Below are positions 7,613 to 17,364 of a stretch of DNA of 38,476 nt, piece by piece. Each line of letters starts with the position of its first letter. The stretch's first letter is position 1. Where the stretch lies: positions 1 to 38,476 of the IMG/VR virus record IMGVR_UViG_3300048893_000112. One strand, written 5' to 3'. This stretch comes from a virus. Its lineage: Duplodnaviria; Caudoviricetes. Both the position numbers and the translations under genes were made by a program. Below the pieces are notes generated by a model. It worked only from the letters and a program-made list of their open reading frames with translations, searched no databases and had not been told where the DNA came from.

Positions 7613-9763
7613 ATGGCTGACACCCTCGCCACCGATCGCCTCGACGAAGAGGACGACGCCCCGCAAGCCCCCCCGGCGAAGGATCCGCTGACCGAGTCGC
7701 GCGACGAAGCGCGCCGGTGGTTGACGGAGCTCTCGGCCGCGAAGAAGTGGATGGACAAATTCACCAAAGCCGCCGAACGCTGCGAACGCGCCTACTTCGA
7801 CGAGGGCCCCGACGGGCTCACGTTCGAGGACGACGAAGGCATGGGCAAGGTCAACTTGTTCTGGAGCAACGTCCAGGTCACCTGCGCGGCGATTTACGGG
7901 CGCCTGCCGAAGGCCGACGTCAAGCGCAAATTCGACGACTTCGACGATGACGTGAGCCGCGTGGCGGGCACCATCATGCAGCGCATCCTGAACGCCGACC
8001 TGGAGCGCGAATGGGACGACACCAACGCCGTCTTGCGTGACGCCGTGCAGGATCGATTCATCGTGGGGCTCGGTCAGGTCTGGTGCCGCTACGACGTCGA
8101 GATTGAACCCACCCCCGTCGACCCCAATACCCCACCCCCCATCGACCCCGCGACGGGTCAGCCGATCCCTCAGGAGCAGATCTCCAACGAGGAGGCCGAG
8201 GTCGACTACGTGCACTGGTCGGACTTCCGTTACTCCCCGTGCCGGCGCTGGCGGGACTGTCGGTGGGTCGCGAAGCGGGTCTACATGCGCAAGAAAAAGG
8301 TCATGGAGCGCTTCAAGCTCAACCCCGCGCAGATCGGTCAAGTCCCGTTCAACAACCGCACCCCCACGGGTTCCACCGGCTCCGCGGTGCGCGACGATGA
8401 TGTCTTGAAGGCCACCCCCTACGCCCAGGCGGCGATTTGGGAGATCTGGTGCAAGGAAGACAACTATGTCGTGTGGATCGCCGAGGGCTGCCCCTTCGTC
8501 CTGGACAAGCAACCCGACCCGCTCCAGCTCGACGAGTTCTGGCCCTGTCCGCAGCCGATCGTGGCCACAACCCTCACGCGCTCGTTCCTGCCGCGCGCCG
8601 ACTACGCGATGGCCCAGGATCTCTACCGTGAGCTCGACCGGGTCAATGCCAAGCTCTCGAACCTGACCCAGGCCTGCAAGGCCGCGGGGGTCTACGACAA
8701 GACGGCGGGCCCGCTGAAGGATCTGCTCGGGTCGGGTCTGGACAACACGCTGCTCCCGGTCGACAACTGGTCGGCGTTCGTGGAGCGCGGGGGCATGAAA
8801 GGGGTGATTGACTGGCTGCCCATCGAAGCGTTCGTGAACGCCATCAATCAGCTCTCGCAGAGGAAGGCCTCGCTCGAACACGACCTCTACGAGGTGCTGG
8901 GCTTGTCCGACATCATGCGCGGGGCGAGCGTGGCGAGCGAGACCGCAACGGCCCAGCAGCTCAAGGTGCAGTACGGGGGGGCGCGGTTGGCCAACCTGCA
9001 AAACGAGGTCGCCCGGTTCGTCTCCGAAGTGATGCGCATCCGCGCCAACATCATCGCCAACCACTTCCAGCCCGAGACGCTCGTCAAGCGCTCCCTCATC
9101 GATCGCACGCCCGACGCCGAGCTCGCGCAACCGGCCATTCAGATGCTGAAGGACTATGGGACGTCGATGTATGCGATCACGGTCACCGCGGACTCGCTCG
9201 CCGCGCCCGACTGGGCCCAGGAGAAGGAAGCCCGCACCGAATTCCTCGGCGCCGCCTCCAACTACATCATGGCCGCGGGCCCCGTGACGAAGGACTCACC
9301 CATGGTGGGGTCGTTCCTCATCAAGCTCCTGCAGTGGGCTGCCGCTGGCTTCAAGGGCGCCTCGACGATCGAAGGGGTGCTCGACCAAGCGGCCAAGCAG
9401 ATGGAGGCCCAAGCGATGGCCCCGCCTCCCCCGCCTCCCCCGCCGACCCCCGAGGATCAAAAGAACCTCGCCCAGGCGGACGAGTCCAAGGCTCTCGCGG
9501 TCAAGCACGGCGCCGAAGCGGAGCGCACGAAGAAGGAAACCAACCTCATCCCGCCGATTCAGTTTCCCGAGCCGGCCCCGCCCGGCGGTGCGCTCCCGAT
9601 GGGCCCAGGTGGGCCGCAACCGGGAGGCCCGGGAGGCCCCGCGTTCGATCCGGCGGCGATGGGGGCAGGGGTGCCTGGGGGCCCCGACATGCCCGCCATG
9701 CCGAGCTCGCCCATGCCCACCAACGGCCTGCCCAACGCCCCCATGCCCGGAGGCCCGCCGTGA
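7613..9763 (+). CDS. Portal protein
   Basis: Follows terL, 716 aa. NLFWSNVQ, VHWSDF, FWPCPQP, GLSDIMRGAS..SETATAQ motifs; Pro/Gly-rich tail. Confidence 0.9.
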   Translation: MADTLATDRLDEEDDAPQAPPAKDPLTESRDEARRWLTELSAAKKWMDKFTKAAERCERAYFDEGPDGLTFEDDEGMGKVNLFWSNVQVTCAAIYGRLPKADVKRKFDDFDDDVSRVAGTIMQRILNADLEREWDDTNAVLRDAVQDRFIVGLGQVWCRYDVEIEPTPVDPNTPPPIDPATGQPIPQEQISNEEAEVDYVHWSDFRYSPCRRWRDCRWVAKRVYMRKKKVMERFKLNPAQIGQVPFNNRTPTGSTGSAVRDDDVLKATPYAQAAIWEIWCKEDNYVVWIAEGCPFVLDKQPDPLQLDEFWPCPQPIVATTLTRSFLPRADYAMAQDLYRELDRVNAKLSNLTQACKAAGVYDKTAGPLKDLLGSGLDNTLLPVDNWSAFVERGGMKGVIDWLPIEAFVNAINQLSQRKASLEHDLYEVLGLSDIMRGASVASETATAQQLKVQYGGARLANLQNEVARFVSEVMRIRANIIANHFQPETLVKRSLIDRTPDAELAQPAIQMLKDYGTSMYAITVTADSLAAPDWAQEKEARTEFLGAASNYIMAAGPVTKDSPMVGSFLIKLLQWAAAGFKGASTIEGVLDQAAKQMEAQAMAPPPPPPPPTPEDQKNLAQADESKALAVKHGAEAERTKKETNLIPPIQFPEPAPPGGALPMGPGGPQPGGPGGPAFDPAAMGAGVPGGPDMPAMPSSPMPTNGLPNAPMPGGPP

Positions 9764-10038
9764 ACGAGGCCGACCTCTCCTGGCCGGAGGATCCGGGGTT
9801 TCACGTGGTGCGGCGCACGCGCGACGCGATGGAGGATGTCTACGTCGAGGCCCAGGCCTCCCTCGCCCTGGCGGGCACCAAGCGCGAGCGCTATGGCCGG
9901 CTCCCGGGGCGCGACCCCGAGCTCTGTGCGCAGCTCAATGCCGACGTCACCGCGGCCCAGGAAGACTGCGACGCCGCCCGGGAGGCCCTCGTCAACGCCC
10001 AACCGCAACCCCAGACCGGGCCGCCCCTGGTGGAGTAA
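9760..10038 (+). CDS. Hypothetical helical protein, 92 aa
   Basis: GTGA overlap with the portal stop; GGAGG upstream. Confidence 0.55.
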   Translation: MNEADLSWPEDPGFHVVRRTRDAMEDVYVEAQASLALAGTKRERYGRLPGRDPELCAQLNADVTAAQEDCDAAREALVNAQPQPQTGPPLVE

Positions 10039-10043
10039 ATACG

Positions 10044-10430
10044 GTGCCCACCTATACCTTTCGCTGTCCGACCTGCGGCTACGTGACCGACGTCATCGCC
10101 TCGATTCGCGACTATGCACGCGAGGACTGGCAAAAGCCCCGCTGCCACGACGCCGACATGGAGCGCTTTTTCACCACGCCCGACCCGATGGCCGCGCTCG
10201 ACCTCCTCACCTCGGACGCGATCTACGACGGGCTGCGGGCCCAGGACGGCACCGACATTTCCACGCGCTCCAAGCACCGCGAATACATGCGACGCAACAA
10301 CCTCACCACGATCGACGATTTCACCGAGACCCTGAAGCACGCGGCCCAGGAGCGCGAGGCGCGCATGGCGGGGGAAGACCCGGCTCGGGTTCGCGACATC
10401 GTCGATGCGGTGCGCAAGCTCGGAGGCTGA
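10044..10430 (+). CDS. FmdB-like zinc-ribbon protein
   Basis: MPTYTFRCPTCG...RCH...MER, then DGTDISTRSKHREYMRRN; GGAG RBS before GTG 10044. Confidence 0.8.
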   Translation: MPTYTFRCPTCGYVTDVIASIRDYAREDWQKPRCHDADMERFFTTPDPMAALDLLTSDAIYDGLRAQDGTDISTRSKHREYMRRNNLTTIDDFTETLKHAAQEREARMAGEDPARVRDIVDAVRKLGG

Positions 10431-10431
10431 C

Positions 10432-12885
10432 ATGGCCGACATTCGCGACTTCATCGAAGCCCTGCGCGATCAAGCGGCGGGCCTGAAGGACGCCGCGGCC
10501 ACCGTGGGGACGGGCATCGTGCTCGCGCCCTTCAAGGGCCTTTACGGCCTGGGCAAGCTCGCCACCTCAGGCGATGTCGGGGAGGCCGCCAAAGCCATCG
10601 AAGACACCCACGGCACGGGCGAGACGCCGCAGACCGAAGAGGGCCGGCAGTACCTGGAAAACTTGGGCGAGGGGATGCACAAGGTGGGCGAGCTCGCGCG
10701 CCCGATCACCGTCCCCTACGAGGCCTGGGCCATCAAGCATCCGGCGCTTGCCGCGGGCGGCGAAGCCGCTGCCAGTCTCATCCCCATCGGGCGCACGCGC
10801 GAGGCCCTGGTGCAGGGGGCGAAGTCCGCTGTCGAGGCCGCGCGTCCCTTGGCTCGCGAAGCCGTCCTGGCCGCGGCACTCCGTCAAGACGCCCCCGAGC
10901 TCTCCGGGGTGACCCGTCGAGCCAAGGCCCCGGCGGCTGCCCGGGTGCGCACGCGCGAAGAACCCGACGAGCTCCCAACGGTGCCGACCCTGCGCCAGAC
11001 CCTCGAAGCCGCGGCGCGCGAACGCGACCCGCAGCTCGCCCTGCCTGGGCTGGAACCCACCCTCGTCGAGCGTAGCCAGAATGCCGAGCGCACCCTCCAG
11101 GGTGCGCAGGCCCGCGCACGCGCAGAGAGTCGACGCATGGAGAGTCCGGCCGGTACGCGCGCGCGTGACTCAGACCTCCCCTACAGCGCCACCTTCGAGC
11201 CTCCTCTCCCTGAGGTCACCCCCGAGACGCAATCCGCCCTGGCCGACGCGCTGCGCGCGGAGCGGCAAGCGAATTACGACGAGATGCGGGCCCACGTCGA
11301 CGACCTGCGCCGCGCACGCCACCCCGACGAGACCCTGGAGGATGCGCTCGACCGGGAATATCAGGTGCTCTCGGGCAAGCACACCCTCGCCGAGCTCGCG
11401 CCGCAGCTCGACCGGCCTCACGCCGAATTCGTCGACGCGATCACCGCGCCCGACGTCCAGCAGACCAAGGTCAATCGCTTGAACGACGCGCAGCGTTTCA
11501 TGGCTCGCGCCGAGGAAGAGGCCGCCTACCGTCCGACGCCCGACTGGGTTACCCAACTCACCACCGACCCCCGCTATCAGCGCGCGATGCCCCGGGGGGT
11601 TGCCGAGCCGCTGGACACTGGGCGTTCGCCCGGCGCGAGTCAGCGCTGGTGGGAAAACCAGTTCCCGCCCCCCGATCCGCGCGACACGGTCAAGGCCTTC
11701 CTGCGCGAGATCCGCTCGCAACCGGCCGCCTTCCAATACGGTGCCGAGCCGCCGGCGCACGTGCGCTCACTCGAAGACTTCGCTCGGCACTTCGGTGAGC
11801 AGTCGGGCACCCCCATTGACGTGGAGTGGACAGACGCGGAGCCGTCGTTTTACGAGACCGAGAAGACCCATGGCCGGGGCGAGATCATGCGCGACCAATA
11901 CGGGGACTACAAGGAGAAGCCCAAGGAGCACGAGCGCGGCGACGTCCCCATGTACGACGAATATGGCGCGGTGAAGAAGACCAAGGAAGGCCTGGACGAA
12001 GAAGGCAACCCCGTGCTCGTGAAGCGCGAGGCCGAAGGGGGTGAACCCAAGCGCGACCGCTATGGTGACCAGCAGTACCGTTTCATCAAGAGCCAGGGCG
12101 GTGAGGTCGTGCGCGACGAGCGCGGCCGGCCAAAAATGGAGGAAGTCGAAGACTACGACGCCGAGCCGCAAGGGAGTGGCTTCACGCTCACGGCGAGAGA
12201 CCCCAAGACCGGGCGCACGGGCTACATCGAAACGGTGGACTGGCCTGAGGATCCGACGACGACGGCGACGCAGGCCCAAGGGCATGGTGCCTTGCTTTAC
12301 CAGACGATGTTTGGCCACGCCGCGCGCGAAGGGATCGACCTGCCCAACCAGACGAACCTGTCGGCCGCCAACCAATTGCGCCTGTTGTCCAACGCCCTGG
12401 CCACCGACGCGCGCATGGGCCGCAATCCGCGGGGCCTGCTTGGCACCTCCTCGGGAGATCGCCCTCCCGCGCAGAAGCGCGGCGACCGGCTCCCGGCCGA
12501 AGGCCCCGAAATCTGGCGCGCGCTCACGGGCGAGGCCGAGCACCGGCTCAAGACCTATGCGCCCAAAGCGCCGCCCATCGAGTTCACGCCGGAGGGCTTC
12601 ACCGCGGGGGGTGAGCCAATCGCGGCCCCGGACATCCGAAAGAACCTGCGCACCTACTCCCCTCACTTTGATGCCGACCCATGGGACGCCCGGGAGCGCA
12701 GAGGGCAAGTGACCCAGAAGACCCTCATGCAGTCGGCGCTCTATCGCTGGCTCGAACAGGCCAGTCCCGAGGAGGCGAAGAAGGTGGCGAGCTCCTGGGC
12801 GAAGTACGGGGCCCCGCTGTTTGGCCTCGGCGGCATCGGCCTCCTGGCCGATCAGATGCGGCAAGACGCGCCCGAAACCGATTAA
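10432..12885 (+). CDS. Large (817 aa) polyvalent or cargo-like protein with a possible GNAT-like C-terminal region
   Basis: GGAGG RBS; lies between portal and scaffold; Ala/Gly-rich N-terminus; AQGHGALLYQ resembles the GNAT acyl-CoA loop. Confidence 0.65.
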   Translation: MADIRDFIEALRDQAAGLKDAAATVGTGIVLAPFKGLYGLGKLATSGDVGEAAKAIEDTHGTGETPQTEEGRQYLENLGEGMHKVGELARPITVPYEAWAIKHPALAAGGEAAASLIPIGRTREALVQGAKSAVEAARPLAREAVLAAALRQDAPELSGVTRRAKAPAAARVRTREEPDELPTVPTLRQTLEAAARERDPQLALPGLEPTLVERSQNAERTLQGAQARARAESRRMESPAGTRARDSDLPYSATFEPPLPEVTPETQSALADALRAERQANYDEMRAHVDDLRRARHPDETLEDALDREYQVLSGKHTLAELAPQLDRPHAEFVDAITAPDVQQTKVNRLNDAQRFMARAEEEAAYRPTPDWVTQLTTDPRYQRAMPRGVAEPLDTGRSPGASQRWWENQFPPPDPRDTVKAFLREIRSQPAAFQYGAEPPAHVRSLEDFARHFGEQSGTPIDVEWTDAEPSFYETEKTHGRGEIMRDQYGDYKEKPKEHERGDVPMYDEYGAVKKTKEGLDEEGNPVLVKREAEGGEPKRDRYGDQQYRFIKSQGGEVVRDERGRPKMEEVEDYDAEPQGSGFTLTARDPKTGRTGYIETVDWPEDPTTTATQAQGHGALLYQTMFGHAAREGIDLPNQTNLSAANQLRLLSNALATDARMGRNPRGLLGTSSGDRPPAQKRGDRLPAEGPEIWRALTGEAEHRLKTYAPKAPPIEFTPEGFTAGGEPIAAPDIRKNLRTYSPHFDADPWDARERRGQVTQKTLMQSALYRWLEQASPEEAKKVASSWAKYGAPLFGLGGIGLLADQMRQDAPETD

Positions 12886-12899
12886 CCGATTAACCGATT
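12876..12899 (+). repeat. Tandem repeat AACCGATT x3
   Basis: Read directly; spans the stop of the large ORF. Confidence 0.9.
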
Positions 12900-12912
12900 C
12901 ACGTGAAACATC

Positions 12913-13992
12913 ATGGCCCAGACCAACGACGACCTCGACACCTCGCCCAGCATCGCCCCGACCGAGGAGGCCGCCGAGCCGAGTTTGCGCGATACCCTCG
13001 ACGCGGCTTTCGAGGAGGCCCCCACGGACGAGGTGCGTGAGCAGTCCGAAAGCGCTGCGGCCCAACGGGCCCGGGACGAGCTCGGGCGCTTCGCGCCCGG
13101 CAAGGCCCCTGGAGGCCCGCAGGAGACGCGATCGCCGGTGGCGCGGGGGATGGCAGGCCAGCAGGGTGCTGCAGCGCCCCAGGAGGCCAAGCCGCCTGCG
13201 AGCTGGACGCCCGCCGAACGCGAGCACTGGAATGGGCTCCGACCTGAGGTCAAGGCGGCCATTGCGCGCCGCGAGAGTGAGATGGGGCGGGTGCTGCAGG
13301 AGGGGGCGAGCCACCGGCAGGCGGTCGAAGCCGTGCAGGGGCTCCTGCAGCCTTACGAGATGATCTTTCGCCAGGAAGGGGTGGCCCCCTTGCAGGCGGT
13401 CGACTACGTCATGCGCAAGGCCGCGGAGCTCCGCGTGGGCACGCCCGGGGCCAAGGCCGCCCTGATTGCGGAGTTGATCGATACCCACGGGATCTCCATC
13501 GAGATGCTCGACACGCTGCTCGCGCACAAACTGCCGATCCAGCAGATGCAGATGCAGCACGCGCAGCAACAGGCCCAGTACCGGGATCCGCGCGTCGACC
13601 AGCTCCTCGCCCTGCAGGCGCATCAAGCCCAGGCCGCCGACGCCTACGAGTCCCAGCAGATCCGCTCGGGCCTCAACGGGTTCGCCCAGACCCACGAGTT
13701 TTACCCGGACGTCGCGGGCCTGATGGCCGACATCGTGGAGATGCGCGCCGCCCGCAATGAACCCATTGACATGGAGCGTATCTACGCGCAGGCTTGCGCA
13801 TTGCACGACGGGGTATCCCAGGTGATGTCGCAACGTCGCTCGGGAGCCTCCTCCAGACAGGCTGTCCAGCGAGCACGCCGCGCGGCGGTGTCCGTGGCCG
13901 GTGAGTCGACGCCCCATTCGGGCGCCACGATTCCAGAAGGCGACGACATCCGCTCCCTGCTCTCTGCAGCGATGGATCAGCAGACCCGCTGA
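12913..13992 (+). CDS. Capsid scaffolding protein
   Basis: Immediately before the capsid gene. RARDELGRF, PPASW...W, helical Q/A-rich body, terminal helices LRDTLDAAF and IRSLLSAAM. Confidence 0.8.
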   Translation: MAQTNDDLDTSPSIAPTEEAAEPSLRDTLDAAFEEAPTDEVREQSESAAAQRARDELGRFAPGKAPGGPQETRSPVARGMAGQQGAAAPQEAKPPASWTPAEREHWNGLRPEVKAAIARRESEMGRVLQEGASHRQAVEAVQGLLQPYEMIFRQEGVAPLQAVDYVMRKAAELRVGTPGAKAALIAELIDTHGISIEMLDTLLAHKLPIQQMQMQHAQQQAQYRDPRVDQLLALQAHQAQAADAYESQQIRSGLNGFAQTHEFYPDVAGLMADIVEMRAARNEPIDMERIYAQACALHDGVSQVMSQRRSGASSRQAVQRARRAAVSVAGESTPHSGATIPEGDDIRSLLSAAMDQQTR

Positions 13993-14108
13993 GTCCGACC
14001 TGGGAGAGCACGCACTCCCACCCAGGCACCGAAGAACCCGACGCGGTCGGGCCATCCTCGAAGAGGTCACGGTACCCATCACCGTATCCACTTTAAGGAG
14101 GTGCCGCC

Positions 14109-15074
14109 ATGGCATTCCCGAACATCACCGACATCGTCGCCACGACCATCGAGGCGCGGTCAAAGACCATACGGGACAACGTATCCCGCAACAATGCCTT
14201 GCTCGCCAAGCTGCAGGAACGCGGCAACACCCGCACGGTCTCGGGCGGCTCACTCATCCTCGAAGAGATTTCCTTTGCGGAGAATGCCAACAGTGGCTGG
14301 TACTCGGGCTATGACCTGCTGCCAGTCGCCCCGCAAGACGTCATCACCGCGGCACAGTTCGACTTCAAGCAGGCCGCCTGCCCCATCGTCGTCTCGGGTC
14401 TCGACCAGCTCAAGAATTCGGGCCGGGAGCAGATGATCGACCTGATGGAGGGGCGCATCAAGGTGGCCGAGTCCACGATGCAGAACCTCATCGCCGCGGG
14501 CATCTACTCCGACGGCACCGCTGCAGGCGGCAAGCAGATCACCGGCCTCGATGCGGCCATCCCGATCAACCCGGCGACGGGTACCTATGGCGGTATCGAC
14601 CGCGTGGCGTGGCCCTTCTGGCGGCCCAAGGTGACGACCGCGGGCGCGGCCCTCACGGCGACCACCGTGCAGGCAGCCTTTAACACGATGTGGGCCTCGC
14701 TCGTGCGCGGCGCCGACCGGCCTGACTTGATCGTCGTCGACAACTTCATGTGGGGCGTGTACCTCGCTTCGCTGCAGGCCCAGCAGCGCTTTACCGGCAC
14801 CGACACCGGCAAGCTCGGTTTTCCCTCCATCCTGTACTTCGATTGCCCCATCGTGCTCGATGGTGGGATCGGGGGCTTTGCGACCACGAAGACCGCGTAT
14901 TTCCTCAATACGAAGTACCTGCACTGGCGCCCGCATGCCGACCGCAACATGGTGACGCTCTCGCCCAATCGGCGCTATGCGATCAACCAGGACGCCGAGG
15001 TGCAAATCTTAGCGTTTTGCGGAAATCTCACTTGCTCGGGGCAGCAGTTCCAGGGCCGGCTCATTTCGCCGTGA
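14109..15074 (+). CDS. Major capsid protein
   Basis: Perfect SD TAAGGAGGT; 321 aa; DIVATTIE...DNV..NNALL, YSDGT..GGKQITGL, YFLNTKYL motifs. Confidence 0.92.
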   Translation: MAFPNITDIVATTIEARSKTIRDNVSRNNALLAKLQERGNTRTVSGGSLILEEISFAENANSGWYSGYDLLPVAPQDVITAAQFDFKQAACPIVVSGLDQLKNSGREQMIDLMEGRIKVAESTMQNLIAAGIYSDGTAAGGKQITGLDAAIPINPATGTYGGIDRVAWPFWRPKVTTAGAALTATTVQAAFNTMWASLVRGADRPDLIVVDNFMWGVYLASLQAQQRFTGTDTGKLGFPSILYFDCPIVLDGGIGGFATTKTAYFLNTKYLHWRPHADRNMVTLSPNRRYAINQDAEVQILAFCGNLTCSGQQFQGRLISP

Positions 15075-15105
15075 GCTCGATGGTTTCTTCAGGCAGTTGA
15101 CCTTC

Positions 15106-15130
15106 CCCAGGGTACCCCCTTGGGTTTTCT
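15106..15130 (+). terminator. Probable weak intrinsic terminator after the capsid gene
   Basis: CCCAGGG/CCTTGGG stem followed by TTTTCT. Confidence 0.5.
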
Positions 15131-15147
15131 CAAAAGGAGACCTCTTC

Positions 15148-15390
15148 ATGGCCAAGATCACCGCATCGCCGCCTGTGCCCCCGGATGACGCGCCCGACCG
15201 GGCGCCTGAGCGCGAACGCGAACCCGATGCGCCCGTCGAAGAACCTGAACCGCGCGAGCCGCCCGCCGAGGCCTCGACCCTGGGAGCGTTCGCCGAGGAA
15301 GGCAAGGAACCGGCCCCCACGTGGGATCCCAAGTACCGCAGCGCGCTGGACAACCCCAAGCACCCCCTGCATCACCTGAGGAACGCATGA
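15148..15390 (+). CDS. Small Pro/Glu-rich hypothetical protein
   Basis: AAGGAG RBS before ATG 15148. Confidence 0.7.
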   Translation: MAKITASPPVPPDDAPDRAPEREREPDAPVEEPEPREPPAEASTLGAFAEEGKEPAPTWDPKYRSALDNPKHPLHHLRNA

Positions 15391-16007
15391 TGGGCAACGC
15401 CACTTCCACCCACCCGGGTGCATTCGATCCCCAGACCCCCGGCGCCCCTGGCATGGGTGCCTCCACGGGGATCGGGCTGGGGCCGCTGGCTTCGGGCCCG
15501 GACACGACCAACAACTTTTCTGTCGACGCGAACAACGATCTGGTGCTGCCGTTCATCGGCGCACTCGGCAACGTCGTGGTCGAACCCACCACCCTGGTGG
15601 CCGGCTCGGGCTACACCGATGGCCGCTATCGCGTGCAGTCTGTGGGCGGGGGCCAGCCGAACGGCACGGCTGCGGTTGACTTCCTGGTGACGGGCGGGGC
15701 GATCGTCTGGAGTCGCGTTTCGCGACCCGGCTCGGGCTTCGCTTCAGCGCCGACCTTCACGGTGGCCAACGCACTCGACGCCAATGGCAACGGCCCCGGG
15801 GGCGGCTCGGGCGCAACGATCACCGCAACCATCGGCACGGCGGCCAAGCCCACCTCGATGATCACCCCGAACGCCAACAAGCCCATGCGGCGCGTCGTCG
15901 CGGCGGGCCCGGTGGCCATCGATGCCGCGGTGACCCCGGGGACGTATCTGAACAAGTCCGGCCGCGCGCTCGTGGCTGGTGACGAACTCTGGGCTGTGGC
16001 CCCCTGA
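15387..16007 (+). CDS. Putative virion structural or decoration protein
   Basis: ATGA-coupled; Gly/Ala/Thr-rich with AGSGYT and PGSGF..APT...GGSGAT units typical of virion proteins. Confidence 0.6.
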   Translation: MMGNATSTHPGAFDPQTPGAPGMGASTGIGLGPLASGPDTTNNFSVDANNDLVLPFIGALGNVVVEPTTLVAGSGYTDGRYRVQSVGGGQPNGTAAVDFLVTGGAIVWSRVSRPGSGFASAPTFTVANALDANGNGPGGGSGATITATIGTAAKPTSMITPNANKPMRRVVAAGPVAIDAAVTPGTYLNKSGRALVAGDELWAVAP

Positions 16008-16017
16008 GGAGATCCGC

Positions 16018-16593
16018 ATGGATACGTTTGACCTTGACCCCGCGCTGTTCCAGCGCTCCAACGCCGCGGACGCGCACCTGCTCGCCGTCTTCTACATGGG
16101 CACCGTCAAGAACGAGGCGCGCTCACTCGAAGAGGGGCGGCATGTCGTCGACGATGTCGAGTGCATCAAGATCATGATCCCCGGCGACAAGAACAACACC
16201 ATCGACCGGCCGGCCTCGAAGGAAGACAAGATTCGCTTCGCACAGCAGTACGCGGCCTTCCGTCAGGGCAAGGAAGGGGACGACCAGCTCTCGGGCACGC
16301 GCCTGGGCGATTGGCCTTTCCTGTCCCGCGGGCAGGTCGAGGAGCTCCGCTACATCGGCGTCAAGACGGTGGAGCAGCTCGCCAACGTGGCCGACAGCGT
16401 GAACTACCCCGGGCTGCAGCAGCTCAAGGCGCATGCGAAGTCCTGGCTGGAGACGGCCAAGAATTCCGCCTATGCCGCGCAGCAGACCGAGCGCCTGGAG
16501 CGCCAGGACAACGAGATCGAAACGCTCAAGGCCGCACTGGCCGATCAGGCCGCACGCATCGAGAAGCTCACCGCGGCGCAGGGTCGCCGGTAG
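16018..16593 (+). CDS. Conserved-type phage protein of the head-tail region
   Basis: GAGGAG RBS; IPGDK, GT.L..WP, IGVKTVEQLA (HhH-like), C-terminal coiled coil. Confidence 0.75.
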   Translation: MDTFDLDPALFQRSNAADAHLLAVFYMGTVKNEARSLEEGRHVVDDVECIKIMIPGDKNNTIDRPASKEDKIRFAQQYAAFRQGKEGDDQLSGTRLGDWPFLSRGQVEELRYIGVKTVEQLANVADSVNYPGLQQLKAHAKSWLETAKNSAYAAQQTERLERQDNEIETLKAALADQAARIEKLTAAQGRR

Positions 16594-16603
16594 GGGGTAG
16601 GGT

Positions 16604-17362
16604 ATGGCCACCGCGGGGATTCAAAAGTGGCCCTCGGCGCTCGCCGTCATCAAAGACGTCCTGGGCCAGCTCGGGCTGCCGGTGCCGCAGGCGGCGACCG
16701 CGTCCGCGGACGACGAGACCGCGCAACAGATGGTGGCCCTCCTCACGTGGTGCGGGCGCCGGCTCGTGAAGCCCACGGGCACCCTGCGCTGGACGTCCCT
16801 GCAGTCGGTCTGGGATCTCACCACGGTGCCGAGTCAGACTCTCTACGACCTGCCCGCTGACTGGGATTCGTTCATCGACCTGACGGCCTGGAACACGACC
16901 AACCGCCTGCCCATGCTCGGGCCGGCAACCAATGCGCAGTGGTCGACCCTGGTGGCGCGCAACCTCGGGGGCTCGACGATCTCGGTGGCTTACCGCACGC
17001 GCGGGCAGCAGCTCGAACTCTTCTCCTCGCCGTCCAGCGCGCAGCAGCTCCGCATCGAATACAACTCCCGCGGCTGGGTTCAGCACCTCACGCCCACGGG
17101 CACGACGGTCACCATCGACCAGATCCTCGACGACTCCGACATCGTCCGTTTCGACAACGAGCTCATCACGGCCAAGCTCAAACTCGCCTTCCTCCAGGCC
17201 AAGGGCTTCGACACGACCGAGGCGCAGACCAGTTACAACGAAATCGAGGAGCAGGCGCTCAACGCCGACACCGATGCCCCGGCCCTCAGCATGAGCGCGA
17301 GCTCGCGCGGCTACCCGCTGCTGTCCAACCTGAACGTGCCCGATAGCGGATACGGGGTCTAG
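16604..17362 (+). CDS. Head-tail adaptor protein
   Basis: Position before the hub gene; YDLPADW motif; C-terminal NVPDSGYG. Confidence 0.75.
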   Translation: MATAGIQKWPSALAVIKDVLGQLGLPVPQAATASADDETAQQMVALLTWCGRRLVKPTGTLRWTSLQSVWDLTTVPSQTLYDLPADWDSFIDLTAWNTTNRLPMLGPATNAQWSTLVARNLGGSTISVAYRTRGQQLELFSSPSSAQQLRIEYNSRGWVQHLTPTGTTVTIDQILDDSDIVRFDNELITAKLKLAFLQAKGFDTTEAQTSYNEIEEQALNADTDAPALSMSASSRGYPLLSNLNVPDSGYGV

Positions 17363-17364
17363 GT

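Noticed and set aside
6119-9130. 1003-aa minus-strand ORF
   Set aside because: Antisense shadow of terL and portal, expected in GC-rich DNA; no motifs.
9410-9763. Pro/Gly-rich tracts (also about 23640-23720) as collagen-like or novel repeats
   Set aside because: No sustained G-X-Y periodicity; ordinary disordered tails and linkers.
11767-14115. 782-aa minus-strand ORF, and similar ones at 20279..21826 and 33708..35378
   Set aside because: Antisense to well-supported genes, with composition typical of shadow frames.
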